Shown: piece by piece, positions 8,833 through 16,529 of the stretch | Layout of the letters: each line of letters starts with the position of its first letter | Numbering within the stretch: the first letter of the stretch is position 1 | NCBI GenBank assembly: GCA_046262595.1 | Contig: JBHEMM010000009.1 | Location: forward strand, 19,528 to 52,225 | DNA length: 32,698 nucleotides | Origin: Vulcanimicrobiaceae bacterium | Lineage (GTDB): Bacteria > Vulcanimicrobiota > Vulcanimicrobiia > Vulcanimicrobiales > Vulcanimicrobiaceae | Direction of reading: 5' to 3' | Position numbers and translations under genes: made by a program | Notes under the pieces: model-generated | What the model was told of the DNA's origin: nothing | What the model saw: the letters and a program-made list of their open reading frames with translations, nothing else | Databases searched by the model: none

Positions 8833-9474
8833 TCACGGCTGAAGGCGGCCGACGTTCCAGCGGCCGGATTCCAGATTGAACTCCAAGCGGTCGTGCATGC
8901 GGCTGGGGCGCCCCTGCCAGAACTCAAAACGGTGCGGCCGTATCAGAAAACCGCCCCAGGAATGCGGCCGGGCGACCGCCTCTCCCTCGAAGCGCTCGCC
9001 GTAATCCCGCATGCGCTGTTCGAGTAAATCGCGGCTTTCGACGGGTTCGCTTTGCTCTGAGGCCCACGCACCCAGTTGATGATCGCGCGGCCGCGAGGCA
9101 AAATAAGCGTCGGACTCCTGCTCTGGGACCTGCTCCACACGGCCTTCAACGCGAATCTGCCGCTCGAGCGGCGCCCAATAAAACAGCGCAGCCGCGAGCG
9201 GATTGCTTTGCAATTCCGTGCCCTTACGGCTGCCGTAGCCGGTATAAAAAACCAAGCCGCGCGCATCGAGCCCGCGCAGCAGCACCATCCGCGCCGAAGG
9301 CTGTCCAGCGCCGGCCGTCGCTAAGCACATCGCGTTCGGCTCGGGGAGCCCGCTCTCGCGCGCGTCCTTCAGCCAGCGCGCCGTTTGGGCAAACGGGTCG
9401 CTCAAGACCGAGGCTTCGTGCAGCTCGGCGCGTTCATAGGAGCGGCGCATGTGCGCTAAATCAATTTCGTCCAT
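8833..9474 (-). CDS. pdxH: Pyridoxamine 5'-phosphate oxidase
   Basis: EPNAMCLAT, PSARMVLL, FYTGYGSRKG, RQIRVEG, YFASRP, WGGF, EFWQGRPSRMHDR, RLQP. ATG 9474 preferred over GTG 9483. Confidence 0.95.
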   Translation of the reverse strand: MDEIDLAHMRRSYERAELHEASVLSDPFAQTARWLKDARESGLPEPNAMCLATAGAGQPSARMVLLRGLDARGLVFYTGYGSRKGTELQSNPLAAALFYWAPLERQIRVEGRVEQVPEQESDAYFASRPRDHQLGAWASEQSEPVESRDLLEQRMRDYGERFEGEAVARPHSWGGFLIRPHRFEFWQGRPSRMHDRLEFNLESGRWNVGRLQP

Positions 9475-10373
9475 ATTCCACACAGAAAGACTGCGGCAAG
9501 CAGCAGCGCGCCGGCAAGCGCGGCAGGAAGCGAGAGGTCGGCCAGGCGTTTTTCGAACGTCGTCGTTCGGCCGAGCCGCGCGAGCGCCTGGCGCAGTTGG
9601 CCGGCATCTTCTGCGCGCCTATACGCGCCGCCGGCGGCTTGCGCGTATTCCCGAAGCGCCTCTTCATCCAAGCCCGCTTCTTGCAGCGTACCCGGAACCA
9701 GGGCGCCGCTGTTCGTTCCGATGCCGACGGTGTAGAGCCGGATGTCCGCGCGGCCGAGCTGCCGCGCTGCCTGAAGCGGATCCGCCCCGAGGTTGTTGAC
9801 GCCGTCCGTGATCAGGACGATGACGCGCCGGCCCCGCTTCGAGAGCGAACGCTGCGCGAGCGCGAGCGCGTCACCGATAGCGGTCCCGCCGTTCGGCGAG
9901 GGCACCGCTGCAAGCGACGCAATCACTCTTTCGCGGTCGCGCGAGGGCGGCATCACGACCTGGGCGCCGCCCGCAAATGCGACGATGCCCACCGCGATAC
10001 CTTGCGGCGCCGCGGCAATGAACGCGCGCATCGCGGCTTGCGCGGCGGCGGCGCGCGACGGCTGCACGTCCGTCGCGGACATTGAACCGGAGGTGTCGAC
10101 GCAGAGAATCACCGAGCCGTCGGGCACCGGCAGCCATGCCGGCGCGCGCGGGCCCAATGCCGCAAATCCTATCAGGACGATTGCCGCGATCCATGCAGCG
10201 GCAAGGGCGCCCGGCGCCCAACGGGGCGGCTGCGCCGCCGCAACGAGAAACGCAAGGTTTGAAAAGCGCAGCGTTTGGCCGCTGCGGCGCCGCAGCAGGT
10301 AGAGATATGCGGCAATGAGCACGGCGCATACAGCGATGGCCAGCGGCGCCAGCGCCGGATGTTTGAAACTCAG
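9456..10373 (-). CDS. Membrane-anchored vWA domain protein (BatA-like)
   Basis: MIDAS DTSGSMS, TAIGDAL, LITDG; N- and C-terminal hydrophobic segments. Upstream of the track start (10322) the frame reads (C)TG-SFKHPALAPL, a BatA-type F-x-x-P N-terminus, so the start is placed at CTG 10373. Confidence 0.88.
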   Translation of the reverse strand: MSFKHPALAPLAIAVCAVLIAAYLYLLRRRSGQTLRFSNLAFLVAAAQPPRWAPGALAAAWIAAIVLIGFAALGPRAPAWLPVPDGSVILCVDTSGSMSATDVQPSRAAAAQAAMRAFIAAAPQGIAVGIVAFAGGAQVVMPPSRDRERVIASLAAVPSPNGGTAIGDALALAQRSLSKRGRRVIVLITDGVNNLGADPLQAARQLGRADIRLYTVGIGTNSGALVPGTLQEAGLDEEALREYAQAAGGAYRRAEDAGQLRQALARLGRTTTFEKRLADLSLPAALAGALLLAAVFLCGIWTKLI

Positions 10374-11083
10374 ACTCCGAACGCGCGCAGCAATGCGGGA
10401 GCGCCCTCCCCTTCGCTGAAGACGCCCGTGCGCCAGTTGAGCCGTGCAAGCAGTTCCAATAGTGCAGCTTCGCGCTCGAGCGACGCTGCGCGATAGCGGC
10501 GGCGCTGCGCCGCGCCGATGAACAGCAGCTGCGCATCACCGGTTTCCGCATCCCGCATGCGCACGAACCCGGAGAGCGGTAACGCATCTTGCCAAGGGTC
10601 GCGCGCGATCAGCGCGGTGCAATCGCAGCGGTGACCCAGCTGCGCGAGCAGATCGCTGCCGCGTGCGGCGTCGAAGCCAAAGGTATCGGTGATCGCGAGC
10701 AGCGCCGCTCCGCGCGGCAGCGCCACGGCTTCGTCGAGCGCATCGAAAACGCGCGTGCGATCCGTCGGCGCCGCCGCAGCAAACCATTCATCGCGGATTG
10801 CGTGCGCCGCATCCGCAAGGGGCTTGCGCCGCCCTACGCGCATGGACGGCGTGGTGTCCAGGTAAACGCCCAAGGTCAGCGCAACGTCTTCGAGCAGCAC
10901 GCGCGTCTGCAGCTGGGCGCTTCGCGCGCTGGCGGCCCAGTCGATGCGCCGCACGTCGTCGCCGTGCACGTATTCGCGCAACTCGACAAATTCGTATCCG
11001 TCCGAACGGTAGTGCAGCGGCGAACCCTCGGCGCTCCGGCGCGGCCTTCTTCTTCCGCGCAGCAGCGCTTGCCGCAAGGTCAC
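10370..11083 (-). CDS. DUF58 family protein
   Basis: GYEFVELREYVHGDDVRRIDWAASAR signature; lies between moxR and vWA; GTGA coupling. Confidence 0.9.
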   Translation of the reverse strand: MTLRQALLRGRRRPRRSAEGSPLHYRSDGYEFVELREYVHGDDVRRIDWAASARSAQLQTRVLLEDVALTLGVYLDTTPSMRVGRRKPLADAAHAIRDEWFAAAAPTDRTRVFDALDEAVALPRGAALLAITDTFGFDAARGSDLLAQLGHRCDCTALIARDPWQDALPLSGFVRMRDAETGDAQLLFIGAAQRRRYRAASLEREAALLELLARLNWRTGVFSEGEGAPALLRAFGV

Positions 11084-12006
11084 GGCGCGGGAACCGCCTG
11101 CACCAACGCCTGCACGAACTCAAGCGGTTGTACGCGGTCAACCAAAAGCCGGTGGGTGTAGGCGATGCGGTGCGCGAGCACGGCGGGCGCAAGCACGCGC
11201 ACGTCATCGGGGAGCACGAAGTCGCGACCTTCGATGAACGCCAGCGCACGCGCGGTAAACGCGAGCGCCAACGAGGCGCGGGGGCTTGCGCCGTACTCCA
11301 CATACCCGTTGGCCGCGCGCGTCGCAGCGGTGAGATCGACGATATATCGCTTGACGCTCGAATCAAGATGCACGGCGTGCGCTTGGACGCGCCAAGCCCG
11401 CACATCTGCCAGAGTGGCGATGCCGTGCAGCGGCTGCGTGTCGTTCACCGCGAACCGCTCAAGAATGCGCAGCTCTTCCTGTACGCCGGGGAACGTCACG
11501 GCGATCTTGAGCAGAAAGCGGTCCATCTGCGCGTGCGGCAGGGCATACGTGCCGTCTGCATCGATCGGATTCATCGTCGCGAGCACCAGGAACGGATCGG
11601 GTAGTTCGTGCGTCGCGGGCCCGATCGTGACCTGGCGCTCCTGCATCGCTTCCAGCAATGCGGACTGCACTTTCGCCGGTGCGCGATTCACTTCGTCGGC
11701 AAGCACGATATTGGCGAACACCGGCCCGAGCACGGTTGAGAACTGCGCGCTGCGCTGATCGAAGATACGCGTGCCTGTGATATCCGCCGGCAGCAGATCC
11801 GGCGTGAATTGAATGCGTTTGAACTCGCCATCGAGCGCCGCTGCAAGCGCCCGGCACGCAAGCGTTTTCGCAAGGCCGGGCGGCCCTTCCAGGAGCACGT
11901 GACCGCCCGCGATCAGCGCCAGAACGAGCGATCGCACGACTTCGGCTTGACCGACGATCGTGCCGGAGAGCGCTTCGATCAACGCGCCCGGCGCAGCGGA
12001 ACTCAC
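11080..12006 (-). CDS. moxR: MoxR family AAA+ ATPase
   Basis: HVLLEGPPGLAKT (Walker A), RIQFTPDLLPADITG, LADEVNRAPAKVQSALLEAMQE (Walker B), DRF, GASPRA. Confidence 0.95.
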   Translation of the reverse strand: MSSAAPGALIEALSGTIVGQAEVVRSLVLALIAGGHVLLEGPPGLAKTLACRALAAALDGEFKRIQFTPDLLPADITGTRIFDQRSAQFSTVLGPVFANIVLADEVNRAPAKVQSALLEAMQERQVTIGPATHELPDPFLVLATMNPIDADGTYALPHAQMDRFLLKIAVTFPGVQEELRILERFAVNDTQPLHGIATLADVRAWRVQAHAVHLDSSVKRYIVDLTAATRAANGYVEYGASPRASLALAFTARALAFIEGRDFVLPDDVRVLAPAVLAHRIAYTHRLLVDRVQPLEFVQALVQAVPAP

Positions 12007-12806
12007 AACACGATCTCCTCAACGGCGCTGTGCAAACGATCGTCGGAAACGAAGGCCGCGCGCTCGAGCGCAAGCAGCAGCCGGCGCGTGCGCGGGTGCG
12101 AGGCCAGCGGCCGGCGCAGCACGTCGTGCAGCGTTGCGCCGCACGGCGCGTCGAGCATCTCCCAAAGGCGCTCGCGCACGAGCAGCACGCTGCGCCGGTC
12201 GCGATGCGCGTGCAGTTGCGCAAGCGCCTCCTCGAATGCCGCCTGCGGCTCGGGTTGCGGCGGTTCGATGCTTTGCTCCGGCTCGATCCTTTGGCGCGGC
12301 GGGCGACGTACAAGCAGCCAGGCGAGCGCGCCCATGAGCGCTGCCGCGCATGCAAAGCTGATCAGCGCAGCCACCGGCGCCGTTCCGTACGGCGTCTCAC
12401 CGGAAACGCGCACGGTGATGCCGTTGGAGATGAAGCGTTTCGGCCTTCCGTCGCGCGCGTCGATCGCATCGAAGTATGCCGAGCCGATCGCGAGCGGGCC
12501 GCTTTGATGCGCGACCAGCCGCAAGGTTTCGCGGTACACGGTGCCGCTGCCGGAAGGCGAAATGCTGCGCTCGTCGCCCAATTCTTCGGCGCCGGAAAAA
12601 GAAGGCAGATACACATTGTCCAGGCGCGTAAGCCGTTCGGCAACGCGTATCGTCAGCGTCACATTGAATGGCTGTTCGCGCTGGACGGCGGGTGCATCGG
12701 AGGAGAGCACAAAACTGCGCACGTGTAAGCGCTGCAACGATTGCGCGACCGCCGGCTGCGCGGCAAGCGCACCGAGCGCGAACAACATTACAAGTTTTGC
12801 AGCCAC
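12003..12806 (-). CDS. Exported single-pass membrane protein, possibly BatD-like
   Basis: Signal peptide (ALAAQPAVA), beta-rich Ig-like segment ending FISNGITVRV, TM helix, helical C-terminal tail; coupled to moxR. Alternative ATG at 12788 overlaps the carA stop (TAATG). BatD assignment rests on architecture and context. Confidence 0.65.
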   Translation of the reverse strand: MAAKLVMLFALGALAAQPAVAQSLQRLHVRSFVLSSDAPAVQREQPFNVTLTIRVAERLTRLDNVYLPSFSGAEELGDERSISPSGSGTVYRETLRLVAHQSGPLAIGSAYFDAIDARDGRPKRFISNGITVRVSGETPYGTAPVAALISFACAAALMGALAWLLVRRPPRQRIEPEQSIEPPQPEPQAAFEEALAQLHAHRDRRSVLLVRERLWEMLDAPCGATLHDVLRRPLASHPRTRRLLLALERAAFVSDDRLHSAVEEIVL

Positions 12807-13858
12807 TGCCCGAAGAGCCGGCGAGCGTCGAACGGTCCGGGTGATGCTTCCGGGTGGAACTGCACCGCAGCGACGGGCAGCTCCCGATGCCTGAAACCTT
12901 CATTGGTTCCGTCGTTTAAATTGATCATCGTTTGCTCGAGCGCCGAAGGCATGCTGCGCGCGTCGACGGCGTAGCCGTGATTATGCGCCGTGACGATCAC
13001 TTCGTTACGCTGCACGTCTTTGACCGGCTGGTTTCCGCCGCGGTGGCCGTACGGAAGCTTGAAGGTCTTCGCGCCGCATGCGAGCGCGAGGAGCTGATGT
13101 CCAAGGCAAACGCCGTACATCGGCCGTTCGCCAAGCAGCGAGCGCAGCGTGTCGATCGTCTGCGGCAAATCGGTCGGGTCGCCGGGGCCCGGGGAGATAA
13201 AGACCGCCTGCGGATCGAATTGCTCGATGTTCGCACGCGTCGCGTCGTAGGGCACGATGGTGATATCGGCGCCCAGAGCGCTCAGCTCACGGACGATCGC
13301 CTTTTTCACGCCGCAGTCGATGAGCACGACTCGCGTACCGCCGGGGGTGCCCGCCGTTTGCTGCGTCTTCGTCGCAACGCCCGGGACGAGATGCGCGGTG
13401 CCTGCGGATCGCACGAACTGCGCGAGCTGCCCCTCCGCCTGCGCCAGCGCTTCGTCGCCCACCGCAAGCGCCGCCCAAATTGTACCGTGTTCGCGCAGCG
13501 CGATCGTAATCGAACGCGTATCCGCATTGACCAGCGCGGGCAGCCGCTGGGCATCCAGCCACGACGGCAGATCCGTCTTCGCATCGAAGTGGGAAGGATG
13601 GCGCGCGATTCGTTTAATGACCGCGCCGGCCACGCACACGCGCGGATATTGCGCAACGGTGCCTGAGATGCCGTAGTTGCCGATCATCGGATACGTAAAC
13701 GTCAGGATCTGCCCGGCATACGACGGATCGGTCAACGCCTCTTCGTATCCGGTCATTCCGGTGTAAAAGACGGCCTCACCGAGCGCGAGGCCCTCGTGCT
13801 GCAAGCCCTCGCCGTCAAAGCGCATGCCGTCGGCAAGGAAAAGCGCGGCCTTATGCAT
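12788..13858 (-). CDS. carA: Carbamoyl-phosphate synthase small subunit
   Basis: GEAVFYTGMTGY, TDPSYAGQI, SPGPGDP, GVCLGHQ (catalytic Cys), QFHPEASPGP. Confidence 0.96.
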   Translation of the reverse strand: MHKAALFLADGMRFDGEGLQHEGLALGEAVFYTGMTGYEEALTDPSYAGQILTFTYPMIGNYGISGTVAQYPRVCVAGAVIKRIARHPSHFDAKTDLPSWLDAQRLPALVNADTRSITIALREHGTIWAALAVGDEALAQAEGQLAQFVRSAGTAHLVPGVATKTQQTAGTPGGTRVVLIDCGVKKAIVRELSALGADITIVPYDATRANIEQFDPQAVFISPGPGDPTDLPQTIDTLRSLLGERPMYGVCLGHQLLALACGAKTFKLPYGHRGGNQPVKDVQRNEVIVTAHNHGYAVDARSMPSALEQTMINLNDGTNEGFRHRELPVAAVQFHPEASPGPFDARRLFGQWLQNL

Positions 13859-15089
13859 TGCGGTACTTCACCATTCCCTCGACGATCGTCACAAGCACTT
13901 TTCGCGGCAGCATCATGCCGGCGAACGGCGTGGATTTTCCCTTGGATCGAAAGCTGTCCGGATCGACCTTCCACGCACGCTCGGCGAAGATCGTAACATC
14001 CGCGGGCGAGCCGGGTTTGAGCGTGCCGCCGGGAACGTTCAGAATCCGCGCCGGGTTACAGCTGATCATCTCGACAAAACGCGACACGGGCAGCGCGGGA
14101 AGCGCGTACGCGTATGCGGCCGCCGCTATCTCGAGGCCGCTGAAACCAACGGCGCCGCAGTCAAGTGCGGCGGTCTTCTCTTCTTCTGTATGCGGCGCGT
14201 GATCGCACGCAAAAACGTCGATCGCGCCGTTCATCACGCCGGCGCGCAACGCATCGACGTCGGCCTGCGAGCGCAGCGGGGGATTCACCTTCGCGCGGGA
14301 GCCCAGTTCGTCCACCGCGTTATCGGTAAACACCAAGTGGTGCGGCGTCACCTCGCAGGTGATGCTCGTGCCGCTCGCGCGCGCCTGCACGACGGCGTCA
14401 AGAGCACCGCGCGTCGAAACGTGCGCGATGTGCCATGCTTTGCCCGTCTCCTGCGCGATCGCCACATCGCGCGCCACGATCGTGTCTTCCGCCAACCGGT
14501 TCGCCGGCGTATTGCGCGCGGCATCGCCCTTGAGATCAGCATCCTCGCAGTGAACGATAAAGCACCCTTGAACGCGGCGCGCCGCGGCGGCCGCGTCATA
14601 AAGCACCCGCGCGTTCATCACCGTGCTGCCGTCGTCGCTGAACGCGACGGCGCCGGCGCGTTTTAAAGCCGCGTAGTCGAGCAGCTCGCCGCCTTCGCGG
14701 CCGCGTGTGAGCGCCGCGATGGGGTAGACGCGGCATGACGCGCTGCCCTCGACCGGCTTGCGGTAGCTGCAGGCGCGCACGATCTGCGCGCTGTCCATTG
14801 GAGGATTCGTATTCGGCATGGCGGCCACAGCGGTGAATCCGCCCGCGACTGCCGCCGCGGTTCCCGAGCGAAGCGTCTCCTTTTCCGGATTGCCCGGCTC
14901 GCGCAGGTGCACGTGCATATCGATAAATCCGGGAGCGACGTACGCACCGCACGCATCGATCGTTTCCTCACCGTCGCGCGCGCTCAAGTCCGCGCCGGTT
15001 TCCACGATGCGTCCCTCGCGCAGACGAAGATCCAAAAGAGCATTCATGGTTTGCGTGGGATCGACGAGCCGGCCTCCTTTTACGAGCAC
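13851..15089 (-). CDS. pyrC: Dihydroorotase (type I)
   Basis: DMHVHLREPG, GGFT, MPNT, HCED, HIAHVS, EVTPHH, KVNPPLR, DHAPH; metal ligands are present. Confidence 0.94.
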   Translation of the reverse strand: MLVKGGRLVDPTQTMNALLDLRLREGRIVETGADLSARDGEETIDACGAYVAPGFIDMHVHLREPGNPEKETLRSGTAAAVAGGFTAVAAMPNTNPPMDSAQIVRACSYRKPVEGSASCRVYPIAALTRGREGGELLDYAALKRAGAVAFSDDGSTVMNARVLYDAAAAARRVQGCFIVHCEDADLKGDAARNTPANRLAEDTIVARDVAIAQETGKAWHIAHVSTRGALDAVVQARASGTSITCEVTPHHLVFTDNAVDELGSRAKVNPPLRSQADVDALRAGVMNGAIDVFACDHAPHTEEEKTAALDCGAVGFSGLEIAAAAYAYALPALPVSRFVEMISCNPARILNVPGGTLKPGSPADVTIFAERAWKVDPDSFRSKGKSTPFAGMMLPRKVLVTIVEGMVKYRNA

Positions 15090-16015
15090 GCGAGCGATCG
15101 CGCGCCATTGATTAGGAAATCGAGAACGGCCATGCGCACTGCGACGCCGTGCATGACCTGGCGCGCGTAACGCCAGCCCGCAAACTCGAGCACCGAGTCG
15201 TCGAGCTCGACGCCGCGGTTGTACGGGCCGGGATGCATCACGATCGTTTCCTCCCGAACTTTGCTCAAGCGCCTTTCGTCCAAGCGGTAGCGCGTAATAT
15301 ACTCAGCGTGCGAAATGGGCATCGTGTCGAAACGTTCGCGCTGAATGCGCAGAAGCACGATCGCGTCGACTTTGCCGACCACCTCGTCAAAATCACGCGC
15401 GATCTGCACCTGCGGGCGGCTGAACTCGTGCTCCGGCAGAAAGCCTTCGGGCCCGACGAGAATCACCTGCGCTCCCAGCGTGGCGAGACCTAAAATCGAG
15501 GAATGCGCCACGCGACTGTGCAGAACGTCGCCCACGATCGCGATACGGCGCCCGCGCAGATCGCCGAACTCTTCTTTCAGCGTGTACAGATCGAGCAGCG
15601 CTTGCGTGGGGTGCGCGTGGCCGCCGTCACCCGCGTTGACGACGTGACCGTCGAACATCAGCGCGACGCGGCGCGGAAAACCGGCTTCGGGGTGGCGTAC
15701 GACGAGCACGTTCACGCCCATCGCGGCAAGCGTGATCGCGGTATCTTCGATCGTTTCGCCTTTGCTCAAACTGGATTCTTTGGGCCAAAGCGTGATGACG
15801 TCCGCCCCCAAACGCTGCTGCGCTAGCATGAACGAGGTCATCGTGCGCGTGCTTTGTTCGAAGAACATGTTGACGCATGCGATGCCGTCGAGCAGCTTAG
15901 GGGGACGCTCGCGCTCGAGATCCGCCGTCCGTTCGAAGATGTACGCAATCTCGTCGCCGGTGAGGTCGTCGAGATCGATTAAGCTACGCCTCGTCCGCAA
16001 CGATCGCAACCTCAT
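15080..16015 (-). CDS. pyrB: Aspartate carbamoyltransferase catalytic subunit
   Basis: FFEQSTRT, SKGET, NAGDG, HPTQALLD, HSRVAHS, LRIQRER, MHPGP. Exact start uncertain (ATG 16015 or a nearby TTG). Confidence 0.96.
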   Translation of the reverse strand: MRLRSLRTRRSLIDLDDLTGDEIAYIFERTADLERERPPKLLDGIACVNMFFEQSTRTMTSFMLAQQRLGADVITLWPKESSLSKGETIEDTAITLAAMGVNVLVVRHPEAGFPRRVALMFDGHVVNAGDGGHAHPTQALLDLYTLKEEFGDLRGRRIAIVGDVLHSRVAHSSILGLATLGAQVILVGPEGFLPEHEFSRPQVQIARDFDEVVGKVDAIVLLRIQRERFDTMPISHAEYITRYRLDERRLSKVREETIVMHPGPYNRGVELDDSVLEFAGWRYARQVMHGVAVRMAVLDFLINGARSLACS

Positions 16016-16529
16016 CCGCTGCGTCGGCTTTCGGATGCACGTTCACAACCACGCGTTCGCGCCGGCTCGTCGGAAGAAAACGCCCGACATAATCGGCTTG
16101 GACGGGCAGCTCGCGCAGTCCGCGATCCACCAGAACGCACAGGCGGACAGCCGCGGGCCGCCCCAAATCCGTCAGGGCATCGAGCGCTGAACGCACCGTC
16201 CGGCCGGTGTAGAGCACGTCGTCGATGATCACGACCATTTTACCCGCTACGTCCGTCGGGATCTGGGAATCGGGCAATTCGTGCGTGACGGCATCGTCGC
16301 GGTAGAGATTGATGTTGAGAAATCCCAGCGGCGGACGGTTTCCGCTGATGCGCTCGATCTGCCGTGCGATGCGCTGCGCGAGCGCTTCGCCGCCGCGCCG
16401 GATGCCGATGAGGTACAGCGCGTTCTGCGCGCCTTCCGGTTCGAGGATTTGATGCGCCAGACGCGCCAGAATCCGGTCTATCTCAGCCGGACCGATAAGG
16501 ATCCGGCGCTTCGCGGTCGCGGCGGTCAT
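15984..16529 (-). CDS. pyrR: PyrR (pyr regulator / uracil phosphoribosyltransferase family)
   Basis: LYRDD, PRPP-binding IIDDVLYTGRTVR, GRP, LVDRGxRELP, ADYVG; ATGA overlap with valS. Confidence 0.94.
   Translation of the reverse strand: MTAATAKRRILIGPAEIDRILARLAHQILEPEGAQNALYLIGIRRGGEALAQRIARQIERISGNRPPLGFLNINLYRDDAVTHELPDSQIPTDVAGKMVVIIDDVLYTGRTVRSALDALTDLGRPAAVRLCVLVDRGLRELPVQADYVGRFLPTSRRERVVVNVHPKADAADEVAIVADEA

Noticed and set aside
13824..14666. 280-aa plus-strand ORF and other overlapping track ORFs
   Set aside because: Antisense or alternate-frame shadows of well-supported genes (here pyrC).
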